A stretch of DNA of 19,161 nt from an uncultured Gammaproteobacteria bacterium (GCA_964585585.1 CAZPEL010000015.1:4423-23583); one strand, 5' to 3'; shown: positions 1 through 8,090, numbered from the stretch's first letter. A program made the numbers and translations. Notes: generated from the letters alone by a model not told the origin.

Positions 1-28
1 CGCCCCGCTGTTCGCGAACGGCGGGGTG
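1..28. other. GC-rich hairpin at window edge (cgccccgcTGTTCGCGAACggcggggtg); about 10-bp stem closing a TTCGCGAA palindrome
   Basis: Read directly: ccccgctg..cggcgggg pair around a 4-nt loop. The GC-richness stands out in an AT-rich locus. No flanking U-run, so a terminator role is unproven. Confidence 0.3.
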
Positions 29-112
29 GTCAATATGAGCTATAATACTAAAATTTCTAATATTGATTGCCACAAAAGTAAATTTAAATCCAAGATCCTA
101 AATTAGATACGA

Positions 113-186
113 ATCAAAGATATGGGTTTTGTTATTCCGGCCTACCTTACCATGGCCCTCAGGATAACAAAACCCATATCTTTGAT
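113..186. repeat. Perfect 23-bp inverted repeat ATCAAAGATATGGGTTTTGTTAT / ATAACAAAACCCATATCTTTGAT around a 28-bp spacer; lies about 80 nt 3' of the murJ stop
   Basis: Left arm 113-135 and right arm 164-186 are exact reverse complements. A 23/23 match is far beyond chance in 19 kb. Confidence 0.7.
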
Positions 187-267
187 CCTTCTACCTCCCT
201 TAAAATCCCTTTCTGTTGACAAACAGAAATTTGTCATTAGAGTTTTGACATTTAAATTTGATTGTTC

Positions 268-1911
268 TTATAGTCCTCTCGCCTCTCCCTGGTCTCCTGT
301 CTCCACTTTTTTCCAGGGGAGCCGTTTGGAAAAAGAGTTCCAAATATCAAAAAATTCCTCGGAACCGGCAACAAAACACACTATAATATAAATAATTATT
401 CCGGACAAGCCCGCCACGGCTCCTTGAGTAAAAACACCCCAAAATTTAGTCATGTCAATAAGGGGCCAGACCGCCACTTTCATCATTTGCACCATTAAAC
501 CGCAGGCAATAGCGGCCAAGGTGAACTTGGAAGTGGATATGAGTATTTTGCTTTCCTGCATATCCCCGAAATTGATATGTAAAGCTAACCACAAAAGAAT
601 AAAATTAACTATTTGGGCCATAGAAAAACCCAAGGCCAAACCGGGAACGCCAAAAATGCGGGAAAAATACCAACTCAAGATCAAATTGCAACCGGCCGCT
701 ACCACTCCTATAAAAAAGGGGGTTCGGGAATTCTGCTTGGCATAAAAAACCCTTATCAAAAGGGGGATGGTAGCTTGGGCGAACAAGCCAATAGCAAAAA
801 ATCCCAAGGTGTTCATGGTTAAAACAGTGTCAGTCCAACCAAATTTGCCACTTCCCAAAATCACTCGGATCAGCTGAGCCCTTAAAGTAATAAGCAAAAC
901 CGTGGCCGGAAGCACAAAAAACAAGATCTTTCTAAAAGTGGCGGAAAAACTCCGGATCAACTTTTTATTATCAGAGGCCACCTTGGATAAGGTGGGAAAA
1001 GCGGCTATAGCAAAGGAAATACCGAAAATACCTACCGGAAAGGCCTGGAGATTGTTGGCGAAATTAAAAACAGCCAAGGATCCGCCGGCCAAACTGGAGG
1101 CCAAGATGGTTATTACCAATAAATTCAACTGGGACACCCCCAGGGTCATGGTCCGGGGTACCATCATTCTCCCTATCTTTCTCATATTCTGGTCCCGCAA
1201 ATTTATGATCGGCCTGTACTTAAAGCCCAAACTGACCACCAAGGGGAGCTGGACCAACATATGCATAAAAGCTCCCAGGGCCACTCCCCAGGCCAGGCCA
1301 TGGATCCCCCAATAGGGGACAAAAAATAAGGCCCCAATAATAATGCCGATGTTATACATTATGGGAGCCAAAGAGTAAACAAAAAATCTCTTAAAGGACT
1401 GTAAAATCCCGCCTAAAATACTGGAGAGACCCAGAAAAATGGGAGACAAAAACATAATCCGGGTCATCTCGGCCGTTAAACTTTGTTTTTCCGGGCTGAA
1501 ACCGGGGGCCACCAATTTGACCAAGAAAGGCGAAAATAGAATGCCCAAGGCGGAAATAAAGACCAAAAATATCATTAGAGTATTCAAAATATTGTTGGCC
1601 AAATACCAGGCCTGTTTATTCGGGGAAGTATCAAAACCGGTGGTATGTTGACACTGAGAATCCTTGATCAAACAGGTAAAGATCGGGATAAAACCGGCGG
1701 AAAGAGCCCCTAACACCAACAAATTGAATATCAGATCCGGCACTCGAAAAGCGGCGTAATAAACATCCAGGATGTTGCCGGCCCCGAATTCACCGGCCAA
1801 AATCCTGTCCCGGAAAATACCCAAAAGTCGGCTAAGCAAAGAAGAAAAGGCCACTAAAGTGGCCGCTATGGTGATGCTATCTATTTTTCGAGAAAAAATC
1901 TTTTTGATCAT
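268..1911 (-). CDS. murJ: Lipid II flippase MurJ/MviN (peptidoglycan precursor flippase), multi-TM
   Basis: The ORF translation has the conserved MurJ N-terminus (SRLLGIFRDRILAGEFGAGNILDVYYAAFRVPDLIFNL) and is about 545 aa and polytopic. The ORF-track start is a GTG inside the repeat element, so I trimmed the start to the ATG at 1909-1911 (MIKKIFS...). Confidence 0.85.
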   Translation of the reverse strand: MIKKIFSRKIDSITIAATLVAFSSLLSRLLGIFRDRILAGEFGAGNILDVYYAAFRVPDLIFNLLVLGALSAGFIPIFTCLIKDSQCQHTTGFDTSPNKQAWYLANNILNTLMIFLVFISALGILFSPFLVKLVAPGFSPEKQSLTAEMTRIMFLSPIFLGLSSILGGILQSFKRFFVYSLAPIMYNIGIIIGALFFVPYWGIHGLAWGVALGAFMHMLVQLPLVVSLGFKYRPIINLRDQNMRKIGRMMVPRTMTLGVSQLNLLVITILASSLAGGSLAVFNFANNLQAFPVGIFGISFAIAAFPTLSKVASDNKKLIRSFSATFRKILFFVLPATVLLITLRAQLIRVILGSGKFGWTDTVLTMNTLGFFAIGLFAQATIPLLIRVFYAKQNSRTPFFIGVVAAGCNLILSWYFSRIFGVPGLALGFSMAQIVNFILLWLALHINFGDMQESKILISTSKFTLAAIACGLMVQMMKVAVWPLIDMTKFWGVFTQGAVAGLSGIIIYIIVCFVAGSEEFFDIWNSFSKRLPWKKVETGDQGEARGL

Positions 1912-1922
1912 GATAATTTTCA

Positions 1923-2020
1923 GATATTGGATACTTGTTATTAGATATTGGACACAGTGGGATGATCTACCAATCACTTTTGGCTATTGACTAATTACCA
2001 ATATCAAATATCCAATATCA
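1923..2020. repeat. Heptamer-repeat palindromic intergenic element, copy 1: (GATATTG-like)x4-5, 47-bp unique core, (CAATATC-like)x3; its right end overlaps the last codons and stop of the ACD gene
   Basis: Read directly: gatattggatacttgttattagatattgg ... accaatatcaaatatccaatatc. Arms are reverse-complementary. The element starts 11 bp from the murJ ATG. Confidence 0.7.
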
Positions 2021-4078
2021 ACTTCTTCCAATAATCCTCACATCCACCGCGAGGCAACTGTTTTTTTGAACAAATAAGGGATTGATGTCCAATTCCTGAA
2101 TATCTTGATTCTGTCTGGCTAACTTGCCCAAATTGACCATAGCCCGGGCCAGGCCGTCTATATCATAACCGGATCCTCCCCTAACTCCCCGCAAAACCGG
2201 ATAAGCTTGCAGATTTTTTATAGCTTGTTTGGCTCGAGTCTTACAGACATCATCCGCTTCGGTTTCTATATCCCTTAGAACCTCGGTATAAATTCCTCCC
2301 CAACCCACCATAATAATAGCCCCGAAGGACTGGTCCCGTTTAAATCCCAGGATCATTTCCATGCCTTCCTGTACCAAGGGCTGGGCCAGGCAATAACCCT
2401 TATCACCGAATCGTTTTTGCATATCTTTAAAAGCGGTCTTGGCCTCTTTTTCCGATTTTAAACCCACCGCCAAGGCCTTCTCTTCGGTTTTATGCACTAT
2501 TTCCCGTCCGGCCATTTTCAAGGCCAAAGGATACTTTAACTTGGCCAGATCCCTGGATGTTTCCACAATCCCGGTCTCCACCGTCGGTATGCCATATTCT
2601 TTTAACAGGTTCAAACTCTCCAAAAAATCCCAGTGCCGACTCTCTCCTTTGATATTTTTCTCGGCTGAATATTTATAGGGTCGCAGATTCTTTCTTTTAT
2701 CCTGGTAATCGGAAAATCTGGCCAAACAAGAAACGGCCTGCCCCGGATAAGAAAAATCCGCCACCCGATTTTGTTTGAATTTCTTTCTGGCCGGAGCCAG
2801 GGAATCGCCACCGATAAAACTAGTGAGAATGAACTTATCAGGATTAGTAGAGGCGACTCGATCGATGATGGTAGCTGTTTTTTCTATTTCTGTGGCGGTT
2901 TGCGGAGTTAAAAGGACCAGAATATTAGAAGCTTGGCCCTTTTTTACGGCCGTCTCCAGGGCCTTTTTGTATCTTTGGCTGTCCGCATCGCCCAAAATAT
3001 CCAAGGGGTTATGATAAGCCGTTAATTCCGGCAGGTCTTTTTTTAAATAATTACTCAAGCGGGAAGGGAAGGCGGGCAGATCAAGATCGAACCGATCCAA
3101 TTCATCCACGGTTGTGACCAAGGGACCGCCGGCATTGGAAATAATGTAGATATCCCTGGGCCGGGCCTGCTCGCTGACCTTTCGGCCGGCTCTTACCTGT
3201 AAAAACTTGATCATATTGAAAAGCTCCTCCAGATTGTCCACTACTATAGCTCCGCTTCTTTTCAGGCCGGTGGCCACGGCTTGCTGAGAACCGGCCAAAC
3301 TCCCGGTATGCGAGATTGTGGCCTTGCTACCGGCCTCGGTTCGTCCGGCCTTCAATATCACCACCGGTTTGCTTCGAGCCAATCGGGACACCTTTTCCAT
3401 AAACCTCTTGCCCCTGGCTATTTCCTCCAGATAAGCCACTACCACTCCCACTTTTTCATCCTCGGCAAAATGTTCAAAAAAATCAACCTCATCCAGAACG
3501 GTCTTATTGCCCAAACTAACAAAATACTCGAGATCCACGTTCTCTTGGCGACTCCAATCAAAAAAAGCGCTACCAATGGCCCCGGATTGGGAAATAAAAG
3601 CTATGCCGGCGCGACTCGGCCCCGAAGAGGTCTCAAAATCGGCAAAAGTGGCGTTGATCCTTTTATTGGTATTGATCAAACCTAAACAATTGGGGCCCAA
3701 AATATTAAGATCATTTTCCCGGGCTATCTGCCGCAGCTTTTCCTCTCTTTTTTTTCCTTCCGGGCCGGCCTCGGAAAAACCGGCGCTTATAATGATTATA
3801 TTTTTCACTCCTCGGGAAGCGCAGCTCTCCACTACCGAATTCACGAATCGGGCCGGAATAATAATAATAGCCAGGTCCACTTGGCCTGTTATTTCGGACA
3901 CATCCTTATAAGCGGTCAACTTCCCTATTTTTTTATGCTTGGGGTTGACCGGGTACAATTTGCCCCGAAAACCGGACTTTTGAATATTGTCCAAAACCTG
4001 CCACCCCAATTTATTCTTATTCGAGGACGCCCCCACCACCGCAATGGAGTTGGGATTTAATAAATTCTTTAGATCCAT
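2018..4078 (-). CDS. ADP-forming acyl-/acetyl-CoA synthetase (NDP-forming, fused alpha+beta: CoA-binding, succinyl-CoA-synthetase-like and ATP-grasp domains)
   Basis: N-terminal CoA-binding motif SIAVVGAS...LYPVNPK. Central ligase-CoA region ISQSGAIGSAF. C-terminal ATP-grasp segment LKEYGIPTVETGIV. No GNAT domain, so not Pat. The track start is TTG at 4084; the likely ATG is at 4076-4078 (MDLKNLL). Confidence 0.8.
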   Translation of the reverse strand: MDLKNLLNPNSIAVVGASSNKNKLGWQVLDNIQKSGFRGKLYPVNPKHKKIGKLTAYKDVSEITGQVDLAIIIIPARFVNSVVESCASRGVKNIIIISAGFSEAGPEGKKREEKLRQIARENDLNILGPNCLGLINTNKRINATFADFETSSGPSRAGIAFISQSGAIGSAFFDWSRQENVDLEYFVSLGNKTVLDEVDFFEHFAEDEKVGVVVAYLEEIARGKRFMEKVSRLARSKPVVILKAGRTEAGSKATISHTGSLAGSQQAVATGLKRSGAIVVDNLEELFNMIKFLQVRAGRKVSEQARPRDIYIISNAGGPLVTTVDELDRFDLDLPAFPSRLSNYLKKDLPELTAYHNPLDILGDADSQRYKKALETAVKKGQASNILVLLTPQTATEIEKTATIIDRVASTNPDKFILTSFIGGDSLAPARKKFKQNRVADFSYPGQAVSCLARFSDYQDKRKNLRPYKYSAEKNIKGESRHWDFLESLNLLKEYGIPTVETGIVETSRDLAKLKYPLALKMAGREIVHKTEEKALAVGLKSEKEAKTAFKDMQKRFGDKGYCLAQPLVQEGMEMILGFKRDQSFGAIIMVGWGGIYTEVLRDIETEADDVCKTRAKQAIKNLQAYPVLRGVRGGSGYDIDGLARAMVNLGKLARQNQDIQELDINPLFVQKNSCLAVDVRIIGRS

Positions 4079-4120
4079 AAACAAGTAAATGAATTATTGA
4101 TGAAAAACTCGAAAAAACGA

Positions 4121-5209
4121 TCAACCACCGATATTTTTGAACATAGGCATACCGTTGTCCGGATTGGTCGGGACATAGATGGTTCCCTCCCGGTTTTCCA
4201 AATTCTTGATGTACAGATACTGTAAATAATTCGGGGTTAAGCTTTCGTTGATTATTCTTTGGGATTCCTTTTGCCCTTCGGCCTCAATGATCTTTCTCTG
4301 TTTCTCTTTTTCTTCTTTTTGCAGGACAAAATCCATTTTCTTGGCCTCCTGCTCCGCCTGCAATTTCTCTTCAATGGAATTGGCTAATTTGGGAGGTAAT
4401 TTTACATTTCGCAGTAAAGTTTCCTCCATTACTACCCCGCGGGGCTCCAATTTTTCTTTTAATTCTTCCATTATTCGGTCACTGGCCTCTTTTCTTTTGT
4501 CGGAATAAATAACCTTGGCCTCATATTGAGCTATGATCTTTCTAATAGTGCTCCTTATAGCCGGACGAATTATTTTTTCCTCGTAATTCAATCCCACATC
4601 TTCATAAACATCAGAGGCCCTGTCTTCCTGCAAATGATATAGAATGGTTATGTCCAAACTTATATCCAGACCTTCTTTACTTAAAGCGGTAATAGCATCC
4701 GGTCCGCGCTTTTCCCCCTCGCCCTCGGTACTGCTCATAGTATAATCATTGGTCCGAATACTCATCTTGGTCACCCGGGCCAAGGGAATGACCAAATGAA
4801 AACCGGACTGCATCTCCTTGTCCTTAACCCGTCCGAATAAGGAATAAACACCGGTCTCCCCGGCCTCTACTATAACTATGGAAGCGGCGAAAAGCCAGGC
4901 CAAAAGTATAACCACCACTACTGTGGCAATAAGCTTTTTAAGATGCTTGCCTTGTTTTAATTTGTCCATATCAATGGTTTGAGACATATTTTTGGAAGAT
5001 CCGGCCTCAAAGGAATTTTGAGTGAAGAGATCTTTTATATTAAAATTTTTAAATATTCGGTCCATCTGGGCCTCACTTAGCTTTCTATAACCCCAAACGG
5101 CCAAACCGGCCAAAATAAAAAAAGGAATGATCCTGCCGCCGGTCATGGCTATAAGGAGAATCGCTAAAATGATAATAAAGGGCAGATTTTGAGCCAATCT
5201 ATTATTCAT
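4121..5209 (-). CDS. SPFH/band-7 (stomatin/prohibitin/HflKC-like) membrane protein with N-terminal TM segments and a C-terminal coiled coil
   Basis: SPFH core VIVEAGETGVYSLFGRVKDKEMQSGFHLVIPLARV...; KE-rich coiled-coil tail; hydrophobic N-terminus. Confidence 0.8.
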   Translation of the reverse strand: MNNRLAQNLPFIIILAILLIAMTGGRIIPFFILAGLAVWGYRKLSEAQMDRIFKNFNIKDLFTQNSFEAGSSKNMSQTIDMDKLKQGKHLKKLIATVVVVILLAWLFAASIVIVEAGETGVYSLFGRVKDKEMQSGFHLVIPLARVTKMSIRTNDYTMSSTEGEGEKRGPDAITALSKEGLDISLDITILYHLQEDRASDVYEDVGLNYEEKIIRPAIRSTIRKIIAQYEAKVIYSDKRKEASDRIMEELKEKLEPRGVVMEETLLRNVKLPPKLANSIEEKLQAEQEAKKMDFVLQKEEKEKQRKIIEAEGQKESQRIINESLTPNYLQYLYIKNLENREGTIYVPTNPDNGMPMFKNIGG

Positions 5210-5224
5210 ATTTTACTTTAAAAC

Positions 5225-5416
5225 TTATTTCCGTGGATCAGGGGATTTATCAACCACTAATATAACTATACCAATAAAAACCCAGCCAATCAATATCCAA
5301 TTAATATTAATATAGGCCAAAACCAACCGAGGCCAAACAAGCTCCAGGCCGGTAAAAATAACTAAAGCGCCGGTCAGGACATAGAATGTTTCTTTTAAAA
5401 AAGAAATATAAAACAT
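5225..5416 (-). CDS. Small two-TM membrane protein, about 63 aa (possible NfeD-like/partner of the SPFH protein)
   Basis: Hydrophobic ORF 16 bp upstream of the SPFH gene. The track ORF starts at a TTG inside repeat copy 2. ATG alternatives are at 5458 and 5416; 5416 was chosen because it lies outside the repeat. Confidence 0.4.
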   Translation of the reverse strand: MFYISFLKETFYVLTGALVIFTGLELVWPRLVLAYININWILIGWVFIGIVILVVDKSPDPRK

Positions 5417-5426
5417 ATAACAATTC

Positions 5427-5496
5427 GATATTGGATACCGGATATTGGAAATGGTCATAGTGGCGCCAATATCCAATATCTAATATCCAATATCCC
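5427..5496. repeat. Heptamer-repeat palindromic intergenic element, copy 2: GATATTG GATACCG GATATTG GAAATGG, 18-bp core, CCAATATC CAATATC TAATATC CAATATC
   Basis: Read directly. It starts 1 nt after the stop (5498-5500) of the 475-aa gene and ends 10 bp before the 5416 ATG. Confidence 0.7.
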
Positions 5497-5497
5497 A

Positions 5498-6925
5498 CTA
5501 ATTTATAAATTTTTCCCACAAAGTTTTTCCTTTTAATTTTATCTCTATTCTCTCTATCGCAACAGAATCCTCCGTCCCGTCCTCCGCTTTCAATCCGGGT
5601 ACAGAGATCATGAAATTATACTTATTATCTTCCTTATATCCGGCGGATAGATCAAATCCGGCAGTGGCTTTATATCGGCCTTTGTCCTTTTGGGGCGAGG
5701 TATACCGGGCCAAAACATATTTTATGTCCTGTTTATCCGGGTCAAAACCGGTATCCACCCGGGGAATAGAGGGATCCAACAAAGAATCCCGGCTAAAACT
5801 AAAAACTCCGTTGCTAAAAAGATCTATTCCGCCTTTCTCTAAATTTAACCGACATGGAGAACAATCCACTAAAGACAAGGCAAACCTTTTATAAGTTTGA
5901 TCGATATCCAATTTCTTTTCTTGGTCCTTATTTTTTACCTCCAAGGTCTGTAGATAAAGCGGGTCCAAAACTTTAGCGCTTAATTCATCGCCGGTTGTAT
6001 AAATCTTTTGTTCAAACTTCCCGGTGGTAGAGGCTAAACTGAGCTGGTTTATAAAAGCTAACTTTTTTTGGCCGGTCTTGATCTTTTCGGTTATTATGTC
6101 ATTTCCCGCTCTCACCTCGATCTTGTATACCCCCTCCGGCAACCCCGAGGCCTGTAAATTAACAGACCTGCTTGGCCGAGATCCGGCGACCCCCTTGCTC
6201 AGGCCGTCATCGGATAAATGGCGGGAATCGATTATTTTATCCCGAAAATACAAGCTTATATCCACCGGATCCTCGCCCTGCTCTTGGTTGATGTCCCGAA
6301 AAGAAAAATCAAAATCAAGTTTTTCCTGCTTGATATAAGTATAAAATTGATAATCCCCTCTCAAGTCCGTGTCCCAAACTTGCTCGGAGCTGGTAGCGGA
6401 ATAATTCGGGAGTACAAATTTATTGTCCAGATCATAATTATAGACCGCTATCTCTTGCACAGAAGGCGGATCACTTAAAAATTCATCTATGGAGGAGAAT
6501 TCTTTCTTTTTTTGCAAAAGCATCAGGTCGTCCCGGACCAAGGTGGACCAAGCTTGACTTAAGTCATCCAGGATCTTGTTCTGCAAGGGCTTGGTCTTAT
6601 ACCTCCACAACTGGCCGTCCACCAACAGACCGGCCTCTATTATGGGGAAATCCCGATTCTTATAAAAAAGGATTATCTCCGCAGTTTGAAAATTTCTGGG
6701 AGTCCGTAAAGAAAAATACACCGGATTGCCGATTATCCTTTTGCCCTTCTCCTTGACCCGGGTTTCCGGACTGATCCTGCCTATAAAATCATTCCTTTTC
6801 TCCAAATTTGTGCTGTAAGTGATCTCTCCGGAGGGAATCACCCCCCGCCACAAAAGAAAAAGCACTACCAGGCCCAATAAAGACCATAAAATAATCCTTA
6901 ACTTTTTTATGGGAAAATTTAACAT
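5498..6925 (-). CDS. Hypothetical secreted or membrane-anchored protein (N-terminal signal-anchor, 475 aa), no recognisable domain
   Basis: Long clean ORF starting with an ATG. The N-terminus LRIILWSLLGLVVLFLLW is TM/signal-like; the rest is hydrophilic. Confidence 0.6.
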   Translation of the reverse strand: MLNFPIKKLRIILWSLLGLVVLFLLWRGVIPSGEITYSTNLEKRNDFIGRISPETRVKEKGKRIIGNPVYFSLRTPRNFQTAEIILFYKNRDFPIIEAGLLVDGQLWRYKTKPLQNKILDDLSQAWSTLVRDDLMLLQKKKEFSSIDEFLSDPPSVQEIAVYNYDLDNKFVLPNYSATSSEQVWDTDLRGDYQFYTYIKQEKLDFDFSFRDINQEQGEDPVDISLYFRDKIIDSRHLSDDGLSKGVAGSRPSRSVNLQASGLPEGVYKIEVRAGNDIITEKIKTGQKKLAFINQLSLASTTGKFEQKIYTTGDELSAKVLDPLYLQTLEVKNKDQEKKLDIDQTYKRFALSLVDCSPCRLNLEKGGIDLFSNGVFSFSRDSLLDPSIPRVDTGFDPDKQDIKYVLARYTSPQKDKGRYKATAGFDLSAGYKEDNKYNFMISVPGLKAEDGTEDSVAIERIEIKLKGKTLWEKFIN

Positions 6926-6972
6926 TTTGCTCTTATAGTGATAAAATTAAAAAAGAATTATAAATTTTTTCA

Positions 6973-6991
6973 TTCGCGGAAAAATCGCGAA
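6973..6991. promoter_or_regulatory. Palindrome TTCGCG-gaaaaat-CGCGAA, 48 bp upstream of the 5498..6925 gene start, in a divergent promoter region
   Basis: Read directly. The same TTCGCGAA core lies in the hairpin at 1-28. Confidence 0.25.
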
Positions 6992-7087
6992 ATATACCCC
7001 GTAAAATTACCACGGGACACGACACGGACTAATGCGGAATTATTAAAGTAGAAAACATATACACTACAATAAAATATACTGACAAAT

Positions 7088-7127
7088 ATTCGGAGCATTC
7101 GGATACTCATTCGGAGCATTCGGATTA
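7088..7127. promoter_or_regulatory. Tandem direct repeats upstream of maf: two 17-bp copies of ATTCGGAGCATTCGGAT (four ATTCGGA units)
   Basis: attcggagcattcggatactcattcggagcattcggat read directly. The repeats end 8 bp before a TATAAT at 7135-7140, and the maf ATG is at 7174. Confidence 0.4.
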
Positions 7128-7134
7128 TTTATAT

Positions 7135-7140
7135 TATAAT
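7135..7140 (+). promoter_or_regulatory. Candidate -10 hexamer TATAAT for maf (no clear -35; the direct repeats sit where a -35 would be)
   Basis: TATAAT lies 34 nt upstream of the maf ATG. Confidence 0.3.
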
Positions 7141-7173
7141 TATAAAAGATATTTTAATTTCTTCCAATAAAAT

Positions 7174-7749
7174 ATGAAAAATATAATTTTAGCTTCCCAA
7201 TCGCCCCGGAGACAACAACTTTTAAAACAGATAGGGTTAGAGTTTGAGGTGGTTTCCGGTGATTATCAAGAGAATTTCAGTTTGAAACTACCGCCCCGGG
7301 AGATGGCCCAATTATTCTCCCAGGAAAAGGCCCGGGCGGTGGCGGAAAAATGCCCGGAAAACATCATCATCGCCGCCGATACTCTGGTGATATCCAGAGG
7401 ACAGGTGTTGGGCAAGCCCCAAACCCCGGCCAAAGCCAAGCAAATGCTTAATCAAATAAACGGCCAAAAGATCTCCTCTGTAAGCGGCGTCACCATACTG
7501 GAAACCCCGGAACGCCGCGAACATACCCAAATAGTGGAAACCGACATCCATATGGCCCGATTCTCGGAAACGGAAATAGATAACTATATAGCTACCGGCG
7601 AAACCCTGGACAAGGCGGGAGCTTTTGCCCTCCAAGGAGTGGGAGCCCTGCTTATAGAAGGCATAAACGGCAGTTATTCCAATGTGGTGGGTCTTCCCCT
7701 TTGGGAAACCTATCAAATGCTAAAAAAATTCAATATAAAAATAATATGA
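7174..7749 (+). CDS. maf: Maf-like nucleoside triphosphate pyrophosphatase / septum formation protein
   Basis: MKNIILASQSPRRQQLLKQIGLEFEVVSGDYQE...IIIAADT...GKP are signature Maf motifs; length 191 aa. Confidence 0.9.
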   Translation: MKNIILASQSPRRQQLLKQIGLEFEVVSGDYQENFSLKLPPREMAQLFSQEKARAVAEKCPENIIIAADTLVISRGQVLGKPQTPAKAKQMLNQINGQKISSVSGVTILETPERREHTQIVETDIHMARFSETEIDNYIATGETLDKAGAFALQGVGALLIEGINGSYSNVVGLPLWETYQMLKKFNIKII

Positions 7750-8009
7750 AGAAAGCTATAATAAATCCCAAAAATCTCGGTCTCTCCGGAGGGCTTATCT
7801 GGGGAGGGTCTTTATTTCTGCTAACCCTGATAGCAACAGCCACCGGCTACGGAGAAGAATTCTTGCAACTCATCTCCGCTCTTTATCCGGGCTACAGCAT
7901 TAGCCCGGCCGGTAGTTTATGGGGTTTGGTCCTGGGCTTTATAGACGGCTTTGTGGCCTTGTATCTATTGGCGATACTCTATAATTGGCTTAATCGTAGG
8001 AAGAAATAG
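7746..8009 (+). CDS. Small hypothetical two-TM membrane protein (87 aa), start overlapping the maf stop (ATGA)
   Basis: ATG at 7746 overlaps the maf TGA at 7747-7749. Hydrophobic segments LIWGGSLFLLTLIATA and LWGLVLGFIDGFVALYLLAIL. The track ORF begins at an upstream TTG. Confidence 0.5.
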   Translation: MKKAIINPKNLGLSGGLIWGGSLFLLTLIATATGYGEEFLQLISALYPGYSISPAGSLWGLVLGFIDGFVALYLLAILYNWLNRRKK

Positions 8010-8055
8010 ATATTAACTTTGAGCTTGTAAGTGAGTTGCGCGGTTTTTAAACAAT

Positions 8056-8090
8056 AAAAAATATTCCGGTTGGAGCCGGAATATTTTTTA
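8056..8090. terminator. Bidirectional intrinsic terminator between converging genes: AAAAAATATTCCGG-ttggag-CCGGAATATTTTTT
   Basis: 10-bp stem (AATATTCCGG/CCGGAATATT) with a 6-nt loop, A-run before and T-run after, so it works on both strands. It sits between the small + strand gene and the rpoC 3' end. Confidence 0.6.

Noticed and set aside
1-267. tRNA or other small RNA gene in the murJ-downstream region
   Set aside because: No cloverleaf-compatible arrangement or conserved T-loop (GTTCRA) motif was found, only palindromes.
122-391. 89-aa plus-strand ORF
   Set aside because: It overlaps the murJ 3' end and the 23-bp palindrome, has low-complexity translation and no start context, so it is probably spurious.
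452-1990. Several 60-137-aa plus-strand ORFs inside murJ
   Set aside because: They are antisense to a well-supported membrane protein gene. Compositional artefacts of AT-rich coding sequence.
1923-2020. Could the heptamer arrays be a CRISPR array?
   Set aside because: The units are only 7 bp and tandem with no spacers, the arms are inverted, and no cas genes are present. They are not CRISPR.
2439-3911. Plus- and minus-strand small ORFs within the ACD gene
   Set aside because: They are nested in or antisense to a strongly supported CDS, with no independent signals.
2018-4084. Pat-type protein acetyltransferase instead of ACD
   Set aside because: The protein ends in an ATP-grasp-like segment with no GNAT domain, so it is called an ADP-forming acyl-CoA synthetase.
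5417-5476. Longer form (83 aa) of the small membrane ORF starting inside repeat copy 2
   Set aside because: The track start is a TTG within the palindromic element. The N-terminal extension is encoded by the repeat itself, so the ATG at 5416 is preferred. The ATG at 5458 remains possible.
7312-7716. 134-aa minus-strand ORF inside maf
   Set aside because: It is antisense to maf, and its translation is G/F-rich noise.
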